This document shows, piece after piece, positions 1 to 13,931 of a stretch of 63,832 nt of DNA. The notes under the pieces were generated by a model that was not told where the DNA came from, made no database searches, and saw only the letters and a program-made list of their open reading frames with translations. This DNA comes from Eledone cirrhosa (taxonomy: Eukaryota), in contig OZ024741.1 of assembly GCA_964016885.1 (NCBI GenBank), positions 390,104,169 through 390,168,000 on the forward strand, given 5' to 3'. Every line of letters starts with the position of its first letter. Position 1 is the first letter of the stretch. The position numbers and the translations under genes are program-made.

Positions 1-10
1 TAAACACATA

Positions 11-97
11 TTATATATATATGTATATATATATATATATGTGTATATAAATACATATGTATATATATATATATATATGTGTGTATATATACATATG

Positions 98-128
<31 letters not shown>

Positions 129-149
129 ATATATATGTATGTATGTATA

Positions 150-190
<41 letters not shown>

Positions 191-625
191 ATATATATAC
201 ATATGTATATATATATATATTATGTATGTAGTATATATATATATATGTATGTATATATATGTATATATATATATATATATATGTGTATATATATACATAT
301 GTATATATATATATATGTATGTATGTATATATGTATGTATGTATATATATATGTATGTATGTATGTATATATATATATATGTATATATGTATGTATGTAT
401 ATATATATATATGTATGTATGTATATATATATGTATGTATATATATATGTATGTATGTATATATATATATATGTATGTATATATATTATATATGTATATA
501 TATATATATGTATATATATGTATATGTATATATATGTATATGTATATATATGTATATATATATATGTATATATATAATATGTATATATATATATATGTAT
601 ATATATGTATATATATATATATGTA

Positions 626-676
<51 letters not shown>

Positions 677-709
677 GTATATATATTTATATATATATGT
701 ATATATATG

Positions 710-740
<31 letters not shown>

Positions 741-741
741 G

Positions 742-774
<33 letters not shown>

Positions 775-826
775 GTATATATATGTATTATATATGTATA
801 TATATATATATATATGTATATATATG

Positions 827-861
<35 letters not shown>

Positions 862-915
862 GTATATATATATGTATATATGTAATATATATATATATAT
901 GTATATATATATATG

Positions 916-962
<47 letters not shown>

Positions 963-963
963 G

Positions 964-1050
<87 letters not shown>

Positions 1051-1107
1051 GTATATATATATGTATATATATATGTATATGTATATATATATATGTATAT
1101 ATATATG

Positions 1108-1156
<49 letters not shown>

Positions 1157-1347
1157 GTATATATATATAGTATTATATATATATGTATATATATATGTAT
1201 ATATATATATATATGTATATATATATGTATATATATATATGTATATATATATGTATATATATATGTGTATATATATATGTGTATATATATATGTAAATAT
1301 ATATATGTATATATATGTATATATATATATGTATATATATATATATG

Positions 1348-1422
<75 letters not shown>

Positions 1423-1453
1423 GTATGTATATATATATATGTATATATATATG

Positions 1454-1518
<65 letters not shown>

Positions 1519-1531
1519 GTATATATATATG

Positions 1532-1578
<47 letters not shown>

Positions 1579-1591
1579 GTATATATATATG

Positions 1592-1622
<31 letters not shown>

Positions 1623-1663
1623 GTATATATATGTATATATATATATATATGTATATATATATG

Positions 1664-1733
<70 letters not shown>

Positions 1734-1764
1734 GTATATATATATATATATGTATATATATATG

Positions 1765-1795
<31 letters not shown>

Positions 1796-1944
1796 GTATA
1801 TGTATATATATATATATGTATATGTATATATATATGTATATATATATATATGTATATGTATATATATATGTATATATATATATATATGTAATATATATAT
1901 ATGTATATATATATATATGTATATATATATGTATATATATGTAT

Positions 1945-1989
<45 letters not shown>

Positions 1990-2043
1990 GTATATATATA
2001 TAATGTATATATATATATGTATATATATATATGTATATATATG

Positions 2044-2090
<47 letters not shown>

Positions 2091-2227
2091 GTATATATAT
2101 GTATATATATATATATATATGTATGTATATGTATATATATATATATGTATATATATGTATGTATATATATATATATGTATGTATATATATATATATGTAT
2201 ATATATGTATATATAAGTATATATATG

Positions 2228-2310
<83 letters not shown>

Positions 2311-2331
2311 GTATATATATTATATATGTAT

Positions 2332-2378
<47 letters not shown>

Positions 2379-2567
2379 GTATGTATATATATATATGTAT
2401 GTATATATATATATGTATGTATATATATATATGTATGTATATATATATATGTATGTATATATATATATGTATATATATATATGTATGTATGTATTTATGT
2501 ATGTGTATATATATATATATATGTATGTATGTATATATATATGTATGTATGTATATATATATGTATG
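11..2567. repeat. Long (TA)n microsatellite interrupted by G (TATG/TATATG units)
   Basis: Directly visible; source of the spurious YI/CI/MY-repeat ORFs. Confidence 0.98.
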
Positions 2568-3267
2568 TAAAAGTAGCGAAACAAACGGTTATTAAATAAT
2601 TTTCTAAATAAATTAAAAAATCGATTAAATAATCACCTGTTCAGATGCCTGTTACCAACGGTTTCATCATTCCGAAAGATTGGAAATCCAACGAATTTCC
2701 AACTGGAAAGAAATGAATCTTCAGACAGCCCTATTTCCACGCTATAAGGTATAGCAAGTAAATATTATGCTCCCTGCCCAACGCATGCGGTCAAGCCGTT
2801 AAAATGACACACATGCAAAATCAGGTCGCTGATAAAAGCTGGATATTATAAACAAGTCGAATTGCCACTAAAATTAGCAGCATTATTCAACGTTTTGTTC
2901 TCTACATAAGGAGAATAAATTATAGAAGTGGATGGATACCTCAACAGGTACAATGTACTTGTAGAAATATTCAAGTTGTTTATAATACATGTGGTTCAAT
3001 GGCACTAATTCGAGATACCAGAACAATATGGAAATTTGTTGGATTTCCATCTTTCGGAATGATGAAACCGTCGGTAACAGCATCTGAATAGGTGATTATT
3101 TAATCATTTTTTAATTTATTTAGAAAATTGTTTAATAACCGTTTGTTTCGCTACTTTTATATTGTTCTGGTATCTCGAATTAGTGCCATTGAACCACATG
3201 TATTATAAACAACTTGAATATTTCTACAAGTACATTGTACCTGTTGAGGTATCCATCCACTTCTATA
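2568..3267. repeat. Interleaved inverted repeats A-x-B-A'-B', possibly a Penelope-like element terminal remnant
   Basis: A 2568-2701 is the reverse complement of 3029-3159 (several mismatches); B 2921-3029 is an exact reverse complement of 3159-3267. The PLE label is inference only. Confidence 0.7.
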
Positions 3268-3762
<495 letters not shown>

Positions 3763-3767
3763 CATAC

Positions 3768-4141
3768 AATTCTAGGAGAGGGAAAACTCTGATATAACAC
3801 CTGCAACCCTGATGGTATCCAATGATGTTGACTTGTTCTTCTTTTTGGTAAATATCATCTTGGTTAAGAGAGTGGGACTGGCTTTGTGCAGTGCCTTTGC
3901 TCACTATAAAAGCTTCACGGCACAGGCATTGCTTTATATCTGGAGATCTCTCTGCACTTGTCGTCGCATGGTACCAAGGGCCCAGCACTATGTGTCAATA
4001 ATTGTCACAGGTGTAGTGTTTGTACCAGAGTTTTCAAGTCGCTGGCTGGACTAAAAAGTCACACTCGTTCAGCGCATCGGTAGGGGTTCTCCTACATGGA
4101 TATAAAGTAGTGGCCGTACTCGAAACGAGTTGGCAGCCACC
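3768..4141 (+). mobile_element. 5'-truncated copy of non-autonomous bipartite RTE-derived retroelement
   Basis: Near-identical to copies at 11026, 22082, 26192 and 48323; RTE-type 5' motif CTAGGAGA.GGAAAACTCTGA; shared 3' end GGCAGCCACC followed by (AT)n. Confidence 0.75.
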
Positions 4142-4565
<424 letters not shown>

Positions 4566-5178
4566 TCATCATCATCATCATCATCACCGTTTTACGTCCG
4601 TTCTTCCACGCTAGCATGGGTTAGACGGGTTGTCCTGTTGTGGGCAGTGTCTGGTCAGCTGACCATGCCTTGCTCATACAGGAACTGATCTGGCTTGATT
4701 TCTACAGCTGGATGCCCTTCCTAACACCAACCTCATTTACAGTGAGTGCTGGGTGCTTTTTCGTGGCGCCTACACGTCCACTTTACAGTGTGGGCTGGGT
4801 GCTTTTTTGCCGTGGCACCTCCACGACCACCTTGCGGTGGGGGAACATATTGTTTATATGCTTCAGCATGTACCCATGGGAGGTCGGGTACCCTGTATTA
4901 CTGCGTGACGCCAGAAGTCACGGTCGTGTGTCATTGACTTTGAGAGGTGTAGTTGGGTAAGGTCGGCTTTTATCACCTCATCCCAAGTCATCTTGGGTCT
5001 CCCCACTCCGCGGTTTCCATCAACTTCTAGTGCTCTGCACCTTTTTATGCAGCTGTCATCCTTCATACGCATCACATGTCCATACCAGCGTAACTGCCTC
5101 TCCTGCACGCAGCATTTGATTCCTCTTATGCTCAGTCTCTCTCTCAATTCCTTTATGCTTTGTCGTTCACGTATATTA
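4566..5178 (-). mobile_element. 5'-truncated RTE-clade LINE (3' end of the PHD-RT family) with (GAT)n tail
   Basis: Minus-strand peptide [19 protein letters not shown]...GTRPPMGTC is almost identical to the C-terminus of ORF 43673-46792; 3' UTR and (CAT)n tail on + at 4566. Confidence 0.92.
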
Positions 5179-5505
5179 TGTATGTATATATATATATATA
5201 TATATGTATGTATATATATATGTATGTATATATATATGTATGTATATATATATGTATGTATATATATATGTATGTATATATATATGTATGTATATATATA
5301 TATGTATGTATATATATATGTATGTATATATATATGTATGTATATATATATGTATGTATATATATATGTATGTATATATATATGTATGTATATATATATG
5401 TATATATGTATGTATATATATATGTACATATGTATGTATATATATATGTATGTATGTATATATATATATATATGTATATATATATGTATATATATATGTA
5501 TATAT
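5179..5505. repeat. (TA)n/(TATG)n microsatellite
   Basis: Directly visible. Confidence 0.97.
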
Positions 5506-5660
5506 AGTAATAATAATAAAATTGAAGACTAAAATCCAAAGAGGGCTCGATAAGGAAAATATATATCAAATATATAAGAACCGTAGAGCATTATTTTAAT
5601 AAATATATGTATATATATATATATGCATGTATATATATATGTATATATATATATGTATGT

Positions 5661-7064
5661 ATATCTGTTAGAACACGAAAAGTGTGAAACAACAGAATGT
5701 TCACTTTTCGTGTTCTAACATATATGCCTAGCTTCTTTAAAAATTTTTTGGGGATAGCCGTGGTGGTGGTGATCGTATGTCATTGGCTAATTTTCAACCA
5801 ATCAGAGTACCTCTCTCTATATCTCTTCCACTGTTACTTACGCCTGTTTCTCTCTATCTGTTCCGTCTCTATATATATCTCTTACTCTTTCGCTTTGCAC
5901 TCCTCCCCTTCAATAGCATCTCTCCCCCTCTCTATATATTTGTTACTCTATCGCTGCACGCTCCTCTCCTTCAATATATCAATTACACACGCTTTACACT
6001 CCTTTATCCCCAGCGCCCCTATATATACACCCCCCCTCTCCCGCATCTATATTTTAATGTACCGTTGCACCGTGAATATATGTGTCTATATATATATACA
6101 TATATATTGTATATACACATTCATGTATGTGTATACACACTCATGTATGTATATACACTGGTTTTATGTGTGTATTGTAAATTTGTACTGTTAAAACACG
6201 AAACTAACATTCGATTGACACTTTGATTACCTGTACAGGCAATAGTTATTAGAATGCTGTTGAAGTGTGTATATATTTTTGGGGGACATCCTGTATATAT
6301 ACACATTATATATAATACAATAAACAGATAAATACACACATATATATATGAGCTTATTTAATTATAAATATTGTGAATTTTTAACTCAGTTCAATTATAT
6401 ATATAAATGGCTTCTACAGGACTAGAACTGTTTCATTCGAAAGAAATCATCATAATATTGAGAGGGGGGACTAGATAAAATATTTCAAATCAAATGTGTA
6501 TAAGTTATAAGTTAAAATGTATAAATAGAGACGATAGTGGAGGTATATCTGTTTAGTGGAACAGTAGACGATAGAATTAAATACAGATGAGAATCTCCCT
6601 TTAATGAAACAGCAGACGATAGAATTAAGGCAATTTAAATTTTAAGCATTTGCATTTTTGCCTTTCATCGTTACGGGGTCGATAAAATAAAGTACCAGTA
6701 ATACACTGTCACTAGACGACTTTCAAATTGAATTGTTGGTTCCATTTCTTTAGTATTTTCAATTGTAGTTATCTACTTAAAAAGCGTTACACGGTTAGAG
6801 ACATAATTCGTAAGTTATATCTTCCCTATTAAACCATTGCATTATTTCGCCTACAATAGAACAAAAATGAAATGTTCTTTAAAGAAACAGGAATATAACT
6901 TTATAAAAAAAAAAGTTGCATCCGCTTCTTTTATCATTGATAATTTTTTCGTTTTAATATTAATTGTTTTTTGTAGTTGTTTATATTAAAAATCTTACTG
7001 TAATATTTACTTAAACGAAGGCAAACATCTAAACTTATAGATTAATCTTGAGCGAAGGACTAGA

Positions 7065-7161
<97 letters not shown>

Positions 7162-7162
7162 G

Positions 7163-7195
<33 letters not shown>
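5661..7195 (+). repeat. Left arm of ~1.5-kb inverted duplication
   Basis: Reverse complement of ~9490-10977; mirrored ORFs in the track (5697-6194 vs 10444-10941); about 8 substitutions seen by eye; ends in (TC)n. Confidence 0.95.
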
Positions 7196-7198
<3 letters not shown>

Positions 7199-8315
7199 AA
7201 CGAAGAATGATAAAATTTCAAGCAAAGAGTTTAATTAGGTATATTTTGTAATATTATTAACTAATTATTATAATTAACGCGCATATTTTGCTATCCTCAA
7301 ACACGTTTACACATGGCATGAAATATAACTAATCCGAGATGGCTAGGTTTCATCTTCTAACTGGATATACGAAATCCATTATGTCTTGACAACAACATGA
7401 GGTAACATTATGTTATTCACAGACACACTTTGTACACTGTTCCATATCAGAATGTATTTCCTTCGTCACATTCACAAACAGTATTGAAAATATGTTCTTC
7501 GGCAAATAAAAATGTTTTGTTCATAATATTTCAACTAGCGATTGCTCTACTCCACGCACGACCACCATAAATTAATGATCAGCTCAACACAAGTATTGGT
7601 AGAGCGTCAGACACCATGCTTTGCAGTATTGTTATGGTCCTTTGCATTCTAAGTTCAAATCCTGCCGAGGTTAACTTCGACTTTCATACTTACTAATTCG
7701 ATAAAATAAAGTACCAGTAATGGACTGCCGTAATGGATTTGTGCCGAAAAATAGAAACACTATTAATGTGCAATAAGAGCAAAATATAACGACATTGCTC
7801 AATTATTTTATCTAATGTTGTAATAACACAAGGAAATGTTGTTTGTGTATTTTTTTTTATATTTGCTCATAGGCTTTTACAATTTCGCTCAGCCAACAAC
7901 TATTAAAAAGTGAGTTGCTTAAGATAACAATTTAATCACAAATTGTTGCTATCTTTTAATACACTCCAACAAGTCATCAAATTATGTACAATAAAAACAA
8001 ATCTTATTAATTTGCTCAGGGAATATAAAGAAAATGTATATACACTGATAATTGCAATTGTATGTAAATATTTTGTTTTTGTATTGTATATTTTATGTTT
8101 TCTATTATGTATAATATATTGATTTAATATTGATTGTTTTTTGTAGTTGTTTATATTAAAAGTCTGAAAATATTTTTATACATCTTACACTAATATTTAT
8201 AAGATAATTTATAATAACAATTACATAATCTAATTACATTACAACGATAATTTATTATTAATATATATCCTGTTTAACTAGAGTTATTACAAGCGTTGCC
8301 TTAAAAAAATATTAA

Positions 8316-9271
8316 ACTAGACATGAAAAATGCGCAAGCTCAAAAGTGCCACAGAATGTTATAATAAACCTTCAAAAGTGTGGGACTAGAGTTGTTGCTA
8401 AAAAATATTGTAATCATTATATATCGTACATTCTGTGGCATCCTTTATAAAAATAGCTTAAACCAACGAAGCCTTTATTTTTACGCTATTTCACTTAGTT
8501 AATTCTTAGAGTGTAACATATAAAAATAAATACATCTATGTTTAATGTAATAACAGCTATAAATAATTACGTAATATTATTATCATATACTCATAGTAAC
8601 AAAATAATTGTGTTGAAACTTAATATGATGCTTATATGAACGATCAAATCTATAATGATAATTTCTTAAATATACTAATAGTAAAATAATTTAGTTATCT
8701 ATTGTTACATTTTCATAGAACTATAATATTAACAATCGTATTGCATTATCAAATTTTTATCACTACAAACTTTCATATTGGAATTACCTTAAGCCACTTA
8801 TTATTACTTCGCTTTCGTACTTTTACAGCTGTAGATATTGCGCTATATCTTATATCTAATATCAATATCTCGTGGTAATTTGCATGAAGTGTAAAATAGG
8901 TTTATTAATAACTTTAATATGAAATGTATTATACAGAGCTGCGGAGTCGGCCAAAAATTGACTGGCTCCAACTCAGGATCCGATACTCCATTATTTCCTA
9001 AATTTCAGCTCCGCAGCTCTGTTGTTATATTAATTAATTTATTTTATAGTTGTAAATCATATTTTTATATGTTACACTCTAAGAATTAACTAAGTGAAAT
9101 AGCGTAAAAATAAAGGCTTCGTTGGTTTAAGCTATTTTTATAAAGGATGCCACAGAATGTACGATATATAATGATTACAATATTTTTTAGCAACAACTCT
9201 AGTCCCACACTTTTGAAGGTTTATTATAACATTCTGTGGCACTTTTGAGCTTGCGCATTTTTCATGTCTAG
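8316..9271. repeat. Inner inverted repeat (~210-bp arms, 8316-8527 and 9060-9271)
   Basis: ACTAGACATGAAAAATGCGCAAGCTC...GTGTAACATATAAAAATA is mirrored by TATTTTTATATGTTACAC...GCGCATTTTTCATGTCTAGT. Confidence 0.9.
8934..9021. mobile_element. Small MITE, hAT-like ends
   Basis: 13-bp TIR CAGAGCTGCGGAG / CTCCGCAGCTCTG; 8-bp flanks match only partly. Confidence 0.55.
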
Positions 9272-9288
9272 TATATATATGTACATAC

Positions 9289-9349
<61 letters not shown>

Positions 9350-9388
9350 CATACATACATATATATATACATATATATATATACATAC

Positions 9389-9421
<33 letters not shown>

Positions 9422-9486
9422 CATACATATATATATATACATACATACATACATATATATACTAGACATGAAAAATGCGCAAGCTC

Positions 9487-9489
<3 letters not shown>

Positions 9490-9573
<84 letters not shown>

Positions 9574-10977
9574 TCTAGTCCTTCGCTCAAGATTAATCTA
9601 TAAGTTTAGATGTTTGCCTTCGTTTAAGTAAATATTACAGTAAGATTTTTAATATAAACAACTACAAAAAACAATTAATATTAAAACGAAAAAATTATCA
9701 ATGATAAAAGAAGCGGATGCAACTTTTTTTTTTATAAAGTTATATTCCTGTTTCTTTAAAGAACATTTCATTTTTGTTCTATTGTAGGCGAAATAATGCA
9801 ATGGTTTAATAGGGAAGATATAACTTACGAATTATGTCTCTAACCGTGTAACGCTTTTTAAGTAGATAACTACAATTGAAAATACTAAAGAAATGGAACC
9901 AACAATTCAATTTGAAAGTCGTCTAGTGACAGTGTATTACTGGTACTTTATTTTATCGAGCCCGTAACGATGAAAGGCAAAAATGCAAATGCTTAAAATT
10001 TAAATTGCCTTAATTCTATCGTCTGCTGTTTCATTAAAGGGAGATTCTCGTCTGTATTTAATTCTATCGTCTACTGTTCCACTAAACAGATATACCTCCA
10101 CTATCGTCTCTATTTATACATTTTAACTTATAACTTATACACATTTGATTTGAAATATTTTATCTAGTCCCCCCTCTCAATATTATGATGATTTCTTTCG
10201 AATGAAACAGTTCTAGTCCTGTAGAAGCCATTTATATATATAATTGAACTGAGTTAAAAATTCACAATATTTATAATTAAATAAGCTCATATATATATGT
10301 GTGTATTTATCTGTTTATTGTATTATATATAATGTGTGTATATACAGGATGTCCCCCAAAAATATATACACACTTCAACAGCATTCTAATAACTATTGCC
10401 TGTACAGGTAATCAAAGTGTCAATCGAATGTTAGTTTCGTGTTTTAACAGTACAAATTTACAATACACACATAAAACCAGTGTATATACATACATGAGTG
10501 TGTATACACATACATGAATGTGTATATACAATATATATGTATATATATATAGACACATATATTCACGGTGCAACGGTACATTAAAATATAGATGCGGGAG
10601 AGCGGGGGTGTATATATAGGGGCGCTGGGGATAAAGGAGTGTAAAGCGTGTGTAATTGATATATTGAAGGAGAGGAGCGTGCAGCGATAGAGTAACAAAT
10701 ATATAGAGAGGGGGAGAGATGGTATTGAAGGGGAGGAGTGCAAAGCGAAAGAGTAAGAGATATATATAGAGACGGAACAGATGGAGAGAAACAGGCGTAA
10801 GTAACAGTGGAAGAGATATAGAGAGAGGTACTCTGATTGGTTGAAAATTAGCCAATGACATACGATCACCACCACCACGGCTATCCCCGAAAAATTTTTA
10901 TAGAAGCTAGGCATATATGTTAGAACACGAAAAGTGAACATTCTGTTGTTTCACACTTTTCGTGTTCTAACAGATAT
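9490..10977 (-). repeat. Right arm of ~1.5-kb inverted duplication
   Basis: Reverse complement of 5661-7195, starting at (TA)n(GA)n. Confidence 0.95.
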
Positions 10978-10982
10978 GTATG

Positions 10983-11015
<33 letters not shown>

Positions 11016-11025
11016 GTATGTATGT

Positions 11026-11427
11026 ATGACCCCTTAGGCTTTGTCAAGGCAGAATTCTAGGAGAAGGAAAACTCTGATATAACACCTGCAACTCTGATGG
11101 TATCCAATGATGTTGACTTGTTCTTCTTTTTGGTAAATATCATCTTGGTTAAGAGAGTGGGACTGGCTTTGTGCAGTGCCTTTGCTCACTATAAAAGCTT
11201 CACGGCACAGGCATTGCTTTATATCTGGAGATCTCTCTGCACTTGTCGTCACATGGTACCATGAGCCCAGCATTATGTGTCAATAATTGTCACAAGTGTA
11301 GTGTCTGTACCAGAGTTTTCAAGTCGCTGGCTGGACTAAAAAGTCACACTCGTTCAGTGCATCGGTAGGGGTTCTCCTACACGGATATAAAGTAGTGGCC
11401 GTACTCGAAAACGAGTTGGCAGCCACC
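11026..11427 (+). mobile_element. 5'-truncated copy of non-autonomous bipartite RTE-derived retroelement
   Basis: Same sequence and same 3' end as the other four copies; followed by (AT)n. Confidence 0.78.
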
Positions 11428-11465
<38 letters not shown>

Positions 11466-11467
11466 AT

Positions 11468-11519
<52 letters not shown>

Positions 11520-11660
11520 GTATGTATGTATGTATGTATGTATGTATGTATGTATGTATGTATGGATATATGTATGTATATGTATGTATGTATGTATATG
11601 TATGTATGTATGTATATATATATATGTATGTATATATATATATGTATGTATATATGTATG

Positions 11661-11692
<32 letters not shown>

Positions 11693-11847
11693 TATATATA
11701 TGTATGTATATATGTATTTAACGAAGGAAATGTGGTAAGGAACCAGGTGGACCATAACGCACCAAAGTACTCAATACTTAGGGTAGTAGAGTGGGTAATA
11801 GAACTCGTTCCTATGTATGTATATATATGTATCTATATATATATATG

Positions 11848-11886
<39 letters not shown>

Positions 11887-11919
11887 GTATATATATATGT
11901 ATGTATGTATGTATATATG

Positions 11920-13022
11920 TTTTCTCTTTCTCTTAATTTCGAGTATATTTTTTTGACCGGCCACCTTCCTGGTTGCAAGGTTGTAAAAGAAAAGAAATTG
12001 TCATCCCTTGAATCGCAAGAATGTTTTGCAAATTTTGAAGGTGCCAGCTATCGCAGCCATTTGTAGACTATGAATTAGGGAGCTGCGCTTTTTGTCCGCA
12101 AATCCAAGTTCAGCCATACTTTGGTCCAAGCGGGTTGGTATATAACCCGTAGCACCAATAATGATGGGTATGAAGCTAAAGGTGTATCTTGGATACTGGA
12201 TTTGTAAACTCCTCATCAATGGTCCGTAGATGTCCTCCTTCTCCTGTATTTTTCTGACAACGTTTACATCAAGTGGGCAGCTGATCTCCACAACAGAACA
12301 CGTTTTCAATGTGTGGTCCCAAACTACAATATCAGGCCCGTTGTGCTTTAATTTGGTGGCAGTTTTTATTTTCAGGTTCCACCAGTATTCCTTAGTGCCA
12401 TCTGTCTCAATATATTCTTCCTCGTTTGTTGTTAATTTTGTTTTCCGAAGTGCGTTCCAGATGGTTCTAGCTATCCCATCGTGTCTCATGGGGAGGTAGT
12501 AGCGAGATGACATTCTTTCGCAGCTGGCAACAATGTGGCTTACATCCTCGATCTTTGTTTTACATAGCCTACATTTATTGTCAGCTGCTGGCCCTCCTCT
12601 TTTGTGCAGCAGATATTTGGTAGGGAGTTCTTGTTCCTGTATTGCATAGAGATATCCCTCAAGGTGTGATGTCATAAACTTGTCGGAACTCCATGCCAGG
12701 CTTTTTGAGTGGTTTATCCCCTCTATGGTCTGTGTTTTACGCCTCAAGTATCCATGCACAACTTTTTCTGTAAATTGGTCAATTTTTTTATCTTGTTTGA
12801 ACATTGAATAGGATCTTCCGATTTCTCTGGGTGAGAGATTTATATCAGGCTTTATTCCATATCTCTCCTCCAGATCAGTCGCTATTCTAATGATATTTCT
12901 TTTTTCATGCTCATAAACCTGGGAAAGATGGTTGCCAACCTTTTTCCTCTGTTGAAGGTGTTGCTTCAGTGTTACTATCCGGGTCTCATATGTTCTTAAT
13001 ATTGATTTTAGACCCCGGCCAC
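11920..13022 (-). mobile_element. 3' fragment of a restriction-like-endonuclease non-LTR retrotransposon (R4/Dong-like)
   Basis: Open frame 13022-12001 with CCHC knuckle CRLC-x8-H-x4-C, RHD motif, PDIVVW...VVEISCP and EKEDIY (PD-(D/E)xK-type RLE); short 3' UTR joined to a TA/TACA tract. Clade assigned by motif resemblance only. Confidence 0.82.
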
Positions 13023-13781
13023 ATGTATGTATATATATATATATGTATGTATATATATATGTATGTATATATATATGTATGTATATATATATGTATGTAT
13101 ATATATATGTATGTATGTATATATATATGTATGTATATATATATGTATGTATGTATATATATATGAATGTATGTATGTATATATATATGTATGTATATAT
13201 ATATGTATGTATATATATATGTATGTATATATATATGTATGTATGTATATATGTATGTATGTATGTATATATGAATGTATGTATGTATGTATATATATAT
13301 GTATGTATATATATATGTATGTATATATATATGTATGTATATATATATGTATGTATATATATATGTATGTATATATATATGTATGTATGTATATATATAT
13401 GTATGTATGTATATATATATGAATGTATGTATGTATATATATATGAATGTATGTATATATATATATGTATGTATGTATATATATATGAATGTATGTATAT
13501 ATATATATATATGTATGAATGTATGTATATATATATATATATGTATGTATGTATATATGTATGTATATATATATGTATGTATATATGTATGTATATATAT
13601 ATGTATGTATGTATATATGTATGTATATATATATGTATGTATATATATATGTATGTATATATATATGTATGTATATATATATGTATGTATATATATGTGT
13701 ATGTATATATATATGTGTATATATATATGTATATATATATATGTATGTATATATATATGTATGTATATATATATATGTATG

Positions 13782-13821
<40 letters not shown>

Positions 13822-13931
13822 TGTATATATGTATGTATGTATATATATATGTATATATGTATGTATATATATATGTATATATATATATGTATGTATATAT
13901 ATATGTATGTATGTATATGTATGTATGTATA
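13023..13931. repeat. (TA)n/(TATG)n microsatellite
   Basis: Directly visible. Confidence 0.97.

Noticed and set aside
5697-6339. 149-165-aa hydrophobic ORFs duplicated in both palindrome arms
   Set aside because: Low-complexity CT/TA-rich sequence, overlapping frames and no motif; duplication alone explains the apparent conservation.
7350-7502. Cys-rich minus-strand reading (MEQCTKCVCE*HNVTSCCCQD) in the palindrome spacer
   Set aside because: Short, interrupted by a stop, with no convincing splice sites or recognisable domain.
11718-11812. 95-bp island between microsatellites as a missing SQOR exon
   Set aside because: No resemblance to the expected upstream SQOR peptide (KCAGAPQK region); identity unknown.
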